64,000 nt of DNA from Azolla caroliniana (taxonomy: Eukaryota > Plantae > Polypodiophyta), in contig JBHGNT010000013.1 of assembly GCA_043228905.1 (NCBI GenBank), forward strand, positions 2,356,001 to 2,420,000, in the 5' to 3' direction. Below the pieces are notes generated by a model that saw nothing but the letters and a program-made list of their open reading frames with translations, searched no databases and was not told the DNA's origin. Of this stretch, positions 38,101 to 49,739 are shown one piece after another (the first letter of the stretch is position 1; every line of letters starts with the position of its first letter). The position numbers and the translations under genes are program-made.

Positions 38101-39499
38101 GGTTGTCTTCTGCAAGCCTCTTCATCCCCTTCTCACTCATGTGGCACAGTCTCTTGTGCCACAGTTCACCGGCAGTGTCGGCTGCCACATTCAGCTCTTC
38201 CGGACATAACCGGGCATTCATCAGGTACAGTGTGTTGTCTTTCCGGGCCCGAGCCACTATCAGGCTCCCCTTGCTGAACTTCATTACGCCGTTCCGGATG
38301 CTACCTGTGTAGCCTTCATCGTCTAGCCTCCCGGCCGAAATCAGGTTCAATCGAACCTCCGGAACGTGTCTGACATCCTTCAGCAGCATTTTGCATCCGG
38401 TCGAGGTTGTCACCCACACGTCTCCTATGCCGGCAATCCGGCACGTACCTTCATTTCCCATCCGAACACAGCCATGCTCACCGGCTGTGTAGGATGAGAA
38501 GTATCTTCTCTCCGGGGTCAGGTGGAACGATGCTCCGGAATCGACCACCCAGGTCGTCTCATCGCCGGCAATGTTTAGTTCACCTTCTTCGGTGATGAGC
38601 ATGATTTCTTCCTTACTTGCCGCGAGTGCCGTCGTTCCTTTCCGGTCCTGCCCTCGCCGATCAGGACCTCTCCGGTCCGTGGCTCCCCGGTATGCACCGT
38701 TTCTCTCCGGTGACTTCTTCGAATCGGTGTCGTCGGCTCCGTTGTCCTTTCAGTAATGCCGACAATTCTTCCGGAAGTGCCCCGGATTTCCACAGTGGAA
38801 GCATGTGGGTCTTCCTCTTGACTGCGACCGGGTCCCCGACTTCTCTCGTCTTTGCGGACTCCGGTTCCATTGTCTTCCCCGTTCCGATTCGGTAAGCAGC
38901 GCCTTCGAGTCGGAGGCCGGTTCTTTATCTCTCCGACGCGCTTCTTCGTTCAAAATGCTTGTCTTTACCGTTTGTAGAGACAAGTTATCTTCGGTGCAGG
39001 AGGTGCTGAGAGTCACCACCAAGTTTTCCCAGCTTTCCGGCAATGTACACATCAGAATGATGGCTTGCATTGCATCCTCCAACGGGAACTTGATCGCCGC
39101 AAGCTGGTTCACGAATCCCATGAACGTGCTCACGTGTTCCACCATATTCTCGCCGTCCCGGTACTTGAGGTTCACTATCTTCCTCATCAGGGAGGTCCGG
39201 TTCAACGCATTCTTCCTCTCGTAGAGGCCCGACAGCTTCTTCCACATCTCATGTGCGTTGGTGTCGTTCGCCACATGTTGTAGGACGCTTACATCGACAT
39301 ATTGCCGAATCGTCGCTACGGCTTTCCGGTTCAGGAGCTTCCACTCCGACTCTATTACTCCCTTGGGTATCTCGGCATTGTCGATCGGTTCGTACAGGTC
39401 TCGTACGATGAGGAGGTCTTCCATCTTTATCTTCCAGTCGGCGTAGTTCTGTGAGTTCAACACCATCATGCCCGGAGGCCCACTACCGCCGCCTTCCAT
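35174..39499 (-). pseudogene. Copia-2 gag-pol, broken by a stop/frameshift, an RT deletion and a solo-LTR insertion
   Basis: CFHCGNPGHFRKNC, WVVDSGASFH, RADNGGEY, MDVKTAFLHG, YVDDM, RNase H in 35174-35626. Stop at 38750; deletion near 36165. Confidence 0.92.
35667..36085 (+). mobile_element. Solo LTR (419 bp) of a family related to the 20821 Gypsy
   Basis: TGTTA..TAACA, TSD CGGAG. 3' end CCCTTTGGTGAAGTGTC..GACACC.TGTGTT resembles 21150-21210. Confidence 0.9.
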
Positions 39500-39795
39500 T
39501 TTCTGTGTTACCGTCGCTCTGATACCACTCTGTTGAAAACCAGTGCTCGGCCACAACCGAGGAATAGGATCAACTCTCAGAAAACGGGAAATACAAAGTG
39601 CATGAGGACAATAGAGAGAAAGGTACACTGGATATTTTACGTGGAAAACCCTAAATGGGAAAAAACCACGGGAGTCCTCAAACTCCAACTATCACTATGA
39701 ACAGGGATGTACACTGGTGAAGCTACAAGGCAACAACCTTGAGCTCACTGGCTTCGCCACAGGCGGCGGTAATACACAGAGGCAATGACCTCTTC

Positions 39796-39834
<39 letters not shown>

Positions 39835-40357
39835 CTGCTCTCACTTCGCATAAAAATGAGCAACAACATTAAACTGTTTGCCCTAAATCATATTTATACA
39901 CATATGACTTTCGGGCTATTTACAAATATAGCCTCAAGGGCTCTTGGCAAACATATTCACAAATATGTCCCCGCATCCGGATCTCTCTCCGGGTACATTC
40001 GTCATCCGTCTCCGTAACCGGGGTCTTCATCATCCGGCTCCGTAACCGGGGTCTTCATCATCCGGCTCCGTAGCCGGGGTCTTCATCATCCGGCTCCGTA
40101 GCCGGGGTCTTCATCATCCGGCTCCGTAGCCGGGGTCTTCATCATCCGGACATCCCATCCGGAGGGACCGAAATCCCAACACCACATACCCTTCCGACTT
40201 CGGCCCAATCCTCTGTAAGACCGTTCGCACCATCATCATCTTTAAGCTCGATCCCGATGTCCATCTTTTCTTTCCGATCAATCGATCTTACAAACATTAG
40301 GACTTTATCCTCCCTCACCAATCGTTGTTCCCGCTCCGAGAGTCGAGCAAAACGATG

Positions 40358-41020
40358 TGTTGGGAGACGGGTCCCTCCGGATGGGAAGGGAGAAGAACAG
40401 TGCCGACGAACAATCGGAAGCCGAGGCCGACAGACCGAGGCCGAAATCGGAAGAGGAGTACCCGGCTACGGAGAGCCGTATGATACAGACCCGGTATGAA
40501 CCGGATGAGGAGTACCTGTCTACGGAGAGCCGGATGGTGCAGACCCGGTATGAACCGGATGAAGAGACATATTCGTAAATATGTTTCTGAGAGTCCATCG
40601 AGGCTATATTTGTAAATAGCCGAAAAGTCATATTAGTATAAATATGACTTAAGGCAAACTTTTAAGATGAGTTGTAGTTGTTATTTTCTTGTTGGTGCAA
40701 GAAGAGAGAGCGTGTAACAGTGTACAGGTTGAGAGAGAGAAAGAACGAGGTCGTTGCCTCTGTTGTAACCGCCGCCTGTGGCGATGATCGTGAGCACGAG
40801 GTCGTTGCCTCCGTGAACTCACTATTTGTACATTCCAATATAGTGATAGTTTGCAGCCTGTGGGCTACCGTGGTTTTTCCCTCAGTTTGGGTTTTCCACG
40901 TAAACATCCTGTCTACCTTTTCTCTCCTTTGTGTCGTGCATTTGTTTCCCGTTTTCTGTGTATGATCCTAAGCTCGGTTGTGGCCGAGCATTGCACAAAG
41001 GGAGCGTTGAGTTCCCGTCA
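40358..41020 (+). mobile_element. Copia-type solo LTR (663 bp), paralogue of 9493-10263
   Basis: TG..CA, perfect TSD CGATG, 108 bp (two 54-bp units) shorter than the 9493 copy. Confidence 0.88.
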
Positions 41021-42604
41021 CGATGCTCGAACTCTAGGAATGCTTCCGTTGCACTTCGGTGGGTCTTCCCTGATGCCACCCATTCATCGAACGCTCGCCG
41101 ATCTCGTCCCTTCAATCTCTCGTAGTCATATGCCTCTCGTAAACCTTCTTCAAAGGACCCCCATGTTGGGTTTTGTTGCCGTATCTTGTAGATTCTCTCT
41201 TGTAACCCATCTGTGACTACCCGGCTGAAAGATATCACTTGCAATCCTTCCGGTATCCCACATCGCCTCAACGCTACCTCGTATTTACGTAGATAGCGTG
41301 ACACATCATTTCCGTTGAATTGTCCGTTTCTTTGCACAAACCACTCTATTGCCGACTTTATCTCCGACATCGCACGTTGCTCTTGTTGCATCCGCTCAAT
41401 TATCATCATCATTATGGTCATCGCCTCTTGTTGATTCTCCATCTCCTTGCCACCCGCTTTCACGTTGGGTTCACCAAATGTGTCGTGCCTTTTAGCTCCA
41501 AATCGTTGCGTGAGTCGGGTGGGAACCGCTGGAGTTTTGGACTAGGAAGAGGAAGAACTTGAGACAAGTTTATCGCTATGGATAGATTATTAGAAAGAGA
41601 GATAGAAATTTCATCAATCCCAAGAGTGTATTGTATTTGATTAATCAATATTTAGATAAGAATATGTATTAAGATTGAAAGAAAGAGATTAAAAAGAACT
41701 TCTGAATCCCACAAGTATAGATTATGTCGTGAATCTCACGAATATAGTTTGTTAATTGGTGTTATAGGAGATATATCCAATTTCCAAATAATCCACACAC
41801 TTATTACATTGTCCTCCCCATCCTTATATGGTGATGAGAGAGTCTTCACAATCCATGCTTAAACTTTATGCTTTTCCTATCAATAGACTATATGCTTTAT
41901 TTAACATGCTTTTTCTAAAGTGAACATGCTTTTCCTAATATGTGCGTTTTTTATTGACTATAGTGATGATGCACACTACATGTGCATGTGTAGCCTTTTC
42001 TTTTATCATGCATTCTTCTAAAGTTTATCCTAGCGTGAACTTACGTTTTTATGTGGGACATCTACTTTTTAACACTAATGAAATGCTAGTGAAATGGTAA
42101 GACATTACATTATTAACATGGAGGTGCAAGGTTCTAATCTTGCCCTATGCATGTAATTCTTATTTTGATATTTTCTTCTCCGAATCTTGAACCGAATAAA
42201 CTTCCTCCGATTCATTCCAGGTTTTGTCCGAGTTGGTAGTCTCCAACTCGTCTTCCGTTTTTAGGCCCTTCACAGGTGGCGATGGTAGCACCCGGGTATT
42301 CAGCCTCAGTGCTCGATAGAGCCACTCTTGGCTGCTTTTTGCTGCTCCACGCAACAACCGCACTACCAAGAGAAAACATGTAACCGGAGGTGGATTCACG
42401 ATCCGAATTATCACCAGCCCAATCGGCATTGGTATATCCGACTAGCTTCCCAGCGATACCATGTCGGTATAATAGTCCCCGGTCCTTCGTGCCGCTAACA
42501 TACAAGAGTATCTAGTGTGCACACTAAAGGTGCGCAACGGTCAGCTTTTGCATGAACTGGTTGATCACTCAGACCGGGTAATTGATGTTCGGTTGAGTGA
42601 TTGG

Positions 42605-45185
42605 TGTCATGATATGGCAAGACTCGAGCCCATGACCTTATGCTACATGGGTCGAGCTCTTGACCATTAGATTATACATTGTAATACGTGGAATATTATT
42701 TTCATTTATGTTTTATTATAGAAAATTGATGTATATTCCAGATTTGTCTGGAACATTCTAGAAACTTCAGGAGTATTCCTTAGAACACTATAAAAGGAGG
42801 CACAAGGTATTATTTCGAACCAAATCGGTTCAACGCCAGTCTTAAGCCTCCTAGCTATTGTACATTTTCTTCACATAATATATATCTTTTCTTATCATCA
42901 CTCTCTCTCTCTCTCGATCTCTCCCTCTCTCTCCCTCTCACTCACTCTTTCCTTCTCTCGAGAGTTCTTCACCTCTCTTAGCACTAATACTTCTTTTAGT
43001 ACTAAGTCCTTCTCTGTCTTAGTACTGTTCCTGACAGTCTGAACCGATTTCTCTACCTTCTGTCTCTCTCATTTCCTACTAATCTCTTATTCCTCTTTTC
43101 TTTTATCCCATGGCCACTGTTAGCGCTGAAGAATATCAATCTGTTTTCTCGGAATTTCAATGCTTGAAAGAGAAGTTCCATGCTTTGGAACAAGAAAACC
43201 AACGGTTGCTGGGGGATCTTCAGCAAATCTCCTTAGAAAAGTAGCAAACGCAACAACAGCATGGGGAACTTGCGTTACGCGTGCAACAATTCGAAGCAAC
43301 CATCATAGCGATGCAACAACAAGGGCTCGGAACACAAGGGATTTATAAAGAACCCAAGATTGGCCTTCCCACGAAGTTCGATGGAACGCGATCGCAGTTT
43401 AGAGGGTTCCTTAACCAGGTACGATTAGTTATTCAAATGCATCCTTCCCGGTATCCCACCGATGCATCACGAGTGGGTTTAGTAGGCACTTTGTTTAGTG
43501 GCTCAGCGTTGGCATGGTTCGCTCCACTATTAGAAAAGGAATCTCCGTTACTCAACAATTTTGAAGAGTTTCTAGGTGAGTATAAAGCATGTTTCGGAGA
43601 TACTGACAGCATCAGGACCGCAATCAACAAAATTCAGCGATTACGCCAAGGTGACCGTCCAGCCTTCACATATGCTGCAGATTTTCGCCTACTCGCCACC
43701 GATATCCCTTGGGATGATCAAGCGTTGATGGAGCAATTCCGTTATGGTTTACGCAACCACGTGAAGGATTTACTCTTGACCTTCCCCGAAGAGCCAAAGT
43801 CCTTAACAGAAGCAATCACTCGCGCGGTGAGATGTGACAACTGCCTCTTTGAGCGACGTTTGGAACGACACCTACAGATGCCGAGGGCAAGATCAGAGCC
43901 CACCAACGCCTCAGTGGTAGCAAGACCTTTTCCGAGGGAGTCATATAATGCGCCTCCAGCGAATACTCCGACTCCGATGGAGATTGACACTACACGTCAT
44001 CGAGGGCCATTATCCGAAGAAGAAAAGCAGCTACGCCATACAAATTGACTATGTCTTTACTGCGGTGGACCAGGACATATTGCAATAAATTGCCCCCATA
44101 GGCCAAGAAGACAGGTAAACCAAATAGTCGTTAGTTCTAATTGTACTAAACCCGAGCCTATTTTAGTAGGGATATCTAATAGTCCTAATAGTACTAATAG
44201 CCCAGATCTAGCGAACAGATTTGATGTCCTTAGTCAGTTAGAAGAAGAGTTAAATGACTAAGTCCAGCCAAAATAGGAGCCGTTTGGTTGGACAACCCTA
44301 GATCTGTGCAGCCCATTAGTGGTTCCATTCCCGTACGGGGAGCATATAACCTCGTACGGATCCGACCAGGAGACGAATGGAAGACCGCGTTTCGCACCAA
44401 ATATGGGCATTTCGAGTATACGGTCATGCCGTTCGGCCTCACTAATGCACCGACAGTCTTCCAAAACATGGCTAATGATATATTCCGAGATCTTTTGGAT
44501 GATATTTTGATCATCTATTTGAATGATCTACTGGTTTATTCAAAGACCCAAGAAGAGCATGATTCTCATGTACTATTAGTACTAAAACGACTTCGAGAAC
44601 ATGGTCTATATGCAAAGCTGGAAAAATGCAGTTTCGGGTGCAACCAAGTGGAATTTCTCGGCCACATCATTTCGTCAAAAGGCATCTCCATGGACCCAGC
44701 TAAGGTCAAAACGGTGGTAGAATGGCAGACTCTGCGTTCGGTGCAGGATGTGCAATGCTTCCTAGGCTTTGCCAATTTTTACCGGAAGTTCATACAAGAT
44801 TACTCAAAGATCGTTCTACCTCTCACACAACTTACCAGGAAGGGACAACCGTTCATTTGGTCTGAAGAAACGGATGTGGCTTTCGAGAATCTTAAAAAGG
44901 CATTTACATCGGCTCCAATTCTAGCTCATGTCGATCCGGAAAAACCATTCATTATCAAAGCTGACGCATCGGATTTTGCATTGGGGAGCATTGTGTCACA
45001 ACAGGGGAATGATGAGAAGCTACATCCTGTGGCTTTTCACTCATGCAAGTCTGATGCCGACGAAATCAACTACGAAATTCATGATAAGAAGCTGTTGGCA
45101 ATAGTGGATTCTTTTATGCAATGGAGGCATTTTTTGAAGGGATCCTCTCATCCGGTCACCGTATTTATTGACCACAAGAACCTCA
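42605..45185 (+). mobile_element. Truncated Tcn1-like chromovirus family A: 5' LTR 42605-43036, gag pseudogene, RT-RNase H
   Basis: TGTCA..TGACA LTR; gag with stops; ORF 44288 has [18 protein letters not shown]. Confidence 0.88.
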
Positions 45186-45332
45186 GATCCAACTTCTTAC
45201 GCTTCTCATCCGGTACATGCACATATGCTATGCTACCAAAGATCCGAAGGTGTCTCAAATTCGACTTCTACCCCAAAATACAACTCATGTGCCAACACCT
45301 CCTCTTGGATCCGGTTTTGGATGTAGAATCGT

Positions 45333-45791
45333 TGTTACGGGCATGACCATATAATATCCCATGGTGAGAATTTACCGTAGTATTCTATACACGTGGATAA
45401 GTGTGAGGGTTAAACCAGAGTGTAAAGAAGGGGAGGATTACTTTTAATCCTCGGGATTGAGACAACCCATTAGGTCAAGTGTGAACTTGCCTGGGGGCCT
45501 TGGGTATCGCTATAAATAAGAGGCCTAGCTACCCTCATTTGATCATCTTCTTGACTACATCGAGACTCTGCTCTTGTGGTGGGTCAACTCTTGTAGCGAG
45601 CGCGCCAGCACCAGGTACGACTCGACGCCACGGCGGTGGTATGGGACGCCGATCGAGGCTCGAGTCCGTCTCGATCCCTTCGCTCAAGGGTGGTCGGGTG
45701 GATCGGCACCCTTCTTTCTCTTTCTCCTTTCTATCTATAATTTCTTTATCCTTATCTTAAGCTTACTTTAGTACTTAGATCTCTAATAACC
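45333..45791 (+). mobile_element. Putative degraded solo LTR (~460 bp)
   Basis: Starts TGTTA, ends TAAC, TATAAATA at about 45511. Absent from the paralogous site at about 7003. TSD degenerate. Confidence 0.5.
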
Positions 45792-45854
45792 GCGTCAGCC
45801 TAGTAGAATTTGGGCATGCTCTTCTCCTCCTGCATTGCCCTTACAGCGTCGACA

Positions 45855-47967
45855 ATCGTTCGTTACGTGACTCAGGTGGGAACCTTTGGGGTTTTGGACT
45901 AGGAAGAGGAAGAATTTGAGACAAGTTTATATTTATGGATAGATTATTAGAAAGAGAGATAGAAATTTCGTGAATCCCACGAGTGTATTGTATTCGATTA
46001 ATCAATATTTAGATAAGAATATGTAGAAGATTGAAAGAAAGAGATTAAAAAGAACTTGTGAATCCCACAAGTATAGATTATGTCGTGAATCCCACGAATA
46101 TAGTTTGTTAATTGGTGTTTTAGGAAATATATCCAATTTCCAAATAATCCACACACTTATTACATTGTGCTCCCCATCCTTATATGGTGATGAGAGAGTC
46201 TTCACAATCCATGCTTAAACTTTATGCTTTTCCTATCAATAGACTATATGCTTTATTTAACATGCTTTTTCTAAAGTGATCATGCTTTTTCTAATTTGTG
46301 CGTTTTTAATTGACTATAGTGTTCATGCACGCTACAGGTGCATGTGTAGCTTTTTCTTTTATCATGCGTTTTTCTAAAGTTTATCCTAGCATGAACTTGC
46401 ATTTTTATGTGGGACATCTACTTTTTAACACTAATGAAAAGCTAGTGAAATGGCAAGACATTACGTTATTAACATGGAGGTGCAATGTTCGAATCTTGCC
46501 CTGTGCATGTAATGCTTAGTTTGATATTTTCTTCTTTTTTCTTCATATTTATTCAATCGGTTATTTTATATTATTTTCATGTAGTGTACTAAATACACTA
46601 CGACACTCGCCCCCTCCGAAACCACAAATCCTCCGGCATGTGCAGAAGTTGTCGGTGATTGTTAGCCTTCTCCATTCGGTCTCCGCCTGGTTTGTTTCGT
46701 CACTAGTCGTTTTCGGTTGCCGGCTCCATCTGTTCGCCGATTTTCAGTTGCTTGCTCTACCCGGTTTCCGGTTACTGGCCCTCGTAATTCTTCTTTACTT
46801 GTAGTACCCTCCGTTTCTCTTGCTATGTCCACTTTGTCTCTCCATTTCGAGCACAACCATTCTTTCCACCCAACTCATTTTAACCATCCGATCCACCATA
46901 GTCTTCGTTCACTCTTTGCATAGCCATGGCTGATTGTCGCAACTCCTCGTGCTATTCTTAAGCATAACCATTCATGTCTTGTCAAATTTGCTTGGCCCGC
47001 TTGGTCCTTCTTATCTATTGTAGTGCCTTTACTTGGCCTTGTCCTTGTCTTTATCAATGTCGAATTCTCTTCGAATCTCTGGTTGAGTCGGATTAGCTTC
47101 TTTCCAAATCGGTGTCGTCCGATCGTCTTTTGGTTGGATCGGCTTCCATTCCGATTTGGAGTTGGTTGATTGGTTTTTACCGATTCAGTAGTTGCTTCCT
47201 TTTCCTTGTTTTGACCGGTCTCAACCGGTTCGAACTCCAACATTTCTTTCTGGATCGGTCTCGTCTAGTCGGCTTTTGGTTTAGGGTTTAGGGTTTGTCA
47301 AATTCATGTCTTGTCAAATTTGCTTGACCCGCTTGGTTCTTCTTATCTGTGGTTCTTCTTGTCCTTGTCTTTATCAATGTCGAATTCTTTTCGAATCTCT
47401 GGTTGAGTCGGATTAGCTTCTTTCCAAATCGGTGTCGTCCGATCGTCTTTCGGTTGGATAAGCTTCCATTCCGATTTGGAGTTGGTTGATTGGTTTTTAC
47501 CGATTCAGTATTTGCTTCCTTTTCCTTGTTTTGATCGGCCTCGACCGGTTCGACCTCCGGCATTTCTTTCCGGATCGGTCTTGTCTAGTCGGCTTTTGGT
47601 TGGAATGATTTCCGTCCGCATGGAACTCGACCAATTGGATTTTGTCCAAATCCACTTCTGCTTGCTTTAGCTTTCGTTTAGACCGGAATTCCGGCCGGAT
47701 CATCTTGCGTCCGGATCCTCTTTCGGCTTTACATTATCTGCTCGCACCTCCTGTTTCTCTGGTCTCACGTTGGTTCTCGAACACAACCGCCGAAGTCTCT
47801 ATAATTAATGGGTAGGAATCGTCGGTATTATCATCCTCCGTCGTTTCACCCATAGCCACCTTCTCGGCTATCTCTCCATCGTCTGCATCATCTTCAACCT
47901 TTGTTTTCTCTCCGTCTCTTCGCTCTCATGTTGCCTTCCAGATGCAACTGACGGTGTCTCTGGAATT
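45855..47967 (-). mobile_element. tRNA-Trp element copy: 3' LTR (to 46605) and internal region with a local duplication
   Basis: Aligns to 7072-8900; about 47300-47600 repeats about 46970-47280. Confidence 0.82.
47278..47296 (+). repeat. Interstitial telomere-type repeat GG(TTTAGGG)2TTT at a rearrangement junction
   Basis: Read directly; absent from paralogues at 8521, 33121 and 47590. Confidence 0.75.
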
Positions 47968-48082
47968 CTTATTTTGATATTTTCTTCTCCGAATCTTGAA
48001 CCGAATCAGCTTCGTCCGATTCATTCCAGGTTTTGTCCGACATGGTAGTCTCCAACTCTTCTTCCGTTTTTAGGCCCTTCAC

Positions 48083-49737
48083 CACATCAGATCACGTCCG
48101 TGTCTTGGCCTTCTTCCGGTTGGCTAGACTATCCTGCTTGACTCTGCCACCGCCGCCGCTTCCTCCCACATGTTCGGATGTGGCGACTCCTTCGGTCGGC
48201 TCGGGTTCCTTTATCTCCACATCTCCCCCGTTGGTTCTTTCTTCCTATCGGGCTCCTTGTCCGGTGCCATCCATTCCAGCTCCTGCTCTTGCCCTCAAGT
48301 GTGGCACATTGAGATGAGAAATGCCGAGCATCTCTCAAAAATGCTGCAACTTTTATGATCTAAGCGGCTTGGTGAAGATGTGGGCGACCTATTGATCTGT
48401 GTGACCATATCAAAATTCAACATCACCGCTCAGAACCCGCTCACGCGCATAGTGATACTGCACTTCTATGTGCTTCGTCCGTGCATAGAGTACAGGGTTA
48501 TTGGCGAGCTGTAGGTTTCTTATGTTGTCACCATAAATAAAGATTGGGCTATACACCTCGATCAGGAAGTCTCATAGGAGTCACCGAATCCAGATGGCTT
48601 CACAGGTGGCAATAGTAGCGCTCGGGTATTCAGGCTCAGTGCTCGACAGACCCACTATTGGCTACTTTTTGTTGCTCCACGCAACAACCGCACTACCATG
48701 TGAAAACATGTAACCGGAGGTGGATTGGAGATCCGATGCATCACCAACCCAATCAGCATCGGTATATCCGACTAGCTTCCTAGCTATACCGTGTCGGTAT
48801 AATAGTCTCCAATCCTTCGTGCTGCTAACATACCAAAGTATCCAGTGTGCGCACTAAAGTTGCTCGATCGTCGACTTTTGCATGAACTGGCTGATCACTC
48901 CGACTGGGTAACTGATGTTGGGTCGAGCGATTGTCAAGTATATGAGGCTTTCGACAATTGGTCAGAACTGTTTCTCATCGCAGGCTGGGCCGGAGTCGGG
49001 ACAAAGCTTCAGGTTCCGGTCTAGGGGTGTGGAAATCGATCGACATTCCTTCATGCCGAACTTGTACAACATATTCAACACATACTGTCTTTGTGACAGC
49101 AACATGCCATCGAGGGGTTCGAATCACCTCAATCCCAGGAAAATAATAAAGATCCCCCAGGTCCCCCAGGTCGGATAACTGGGACTTCACTCTGCCGATT
49201 TCATCCAGTCTAGGTCCGGTGATGACTAAATCATCAACATATGGTACGATATAGACCGGAACGTTCAGACCTTTCCGGATGAACAATGACGAGTTGGACT
49301 TTGAGGCTGCAAACCCCATCTTACGCAACTGGTGCGTGATCTTCGTATTCCAAGATCGGTGGGCTTGCTTCAAACCGTAAAACAACTTCTTCAGTCAAAA
49401 TACTGCCGCCTTGTTCATCTCCGATTGGAATCTGAGGGGTTGGATCATATAGACCCGTTCTTCAAGGCCACCTTGAAGAAAAACATTCTTCATGTCCATT
49501 TGGTGAAGACGCCATCCCCTTACCGCAACAACAACCAATACCACACGAACCGTTGTCATCTTCGCTACCGGAGCAAGGGTCTCATCATAGTTGATTCCGT
49601 GGGTCTATGCGTATGCCTTTGCCCTTAACCGGGCCTTGTACCGGTTGACTGAAGCGTCAACATTGTACTTCAACTTATATACCCATTTGCAACCGATCGG
49701 TTTACACTATCAGGGAGGGTCAACTAGGTCGCATGTA
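48083..49737 (-). pseudogene. Copia family X RT-RNase H and 3' region, degenerate
   Basis: FYGLKQAHRSW, YVDDL, plus RNase H end (HIEVQYH, FTKPL) read on the minus strand. Confidence 0.82.
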
Positions 49738-49739
49738 TC

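Larger units (their letters stand above)
34591..40181 (-). mobile_element. Ty1/Copia LTR retrotransposon (Copia-2, Tnt1/Tork-like), defective
   Basis: LTRs 34591-35163 and 39531-40181, TSD CCACA, iMet PBS 39516-39527, PPT at 35164-35173. Empty sites at about 9317 and 33920. Confidence 0.95.
32276..42158 (-). mobile_element. Composite of two tRNA-Trp element copies joined at about 34390, carrying Copia-2 and solo LTRs
   Basis: 32276-34390 matches 7699-9787; 34402-34590 plus 40187-42158 match 9135-11400; 5' LTR edge at 41481. Confidence 0.8.
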
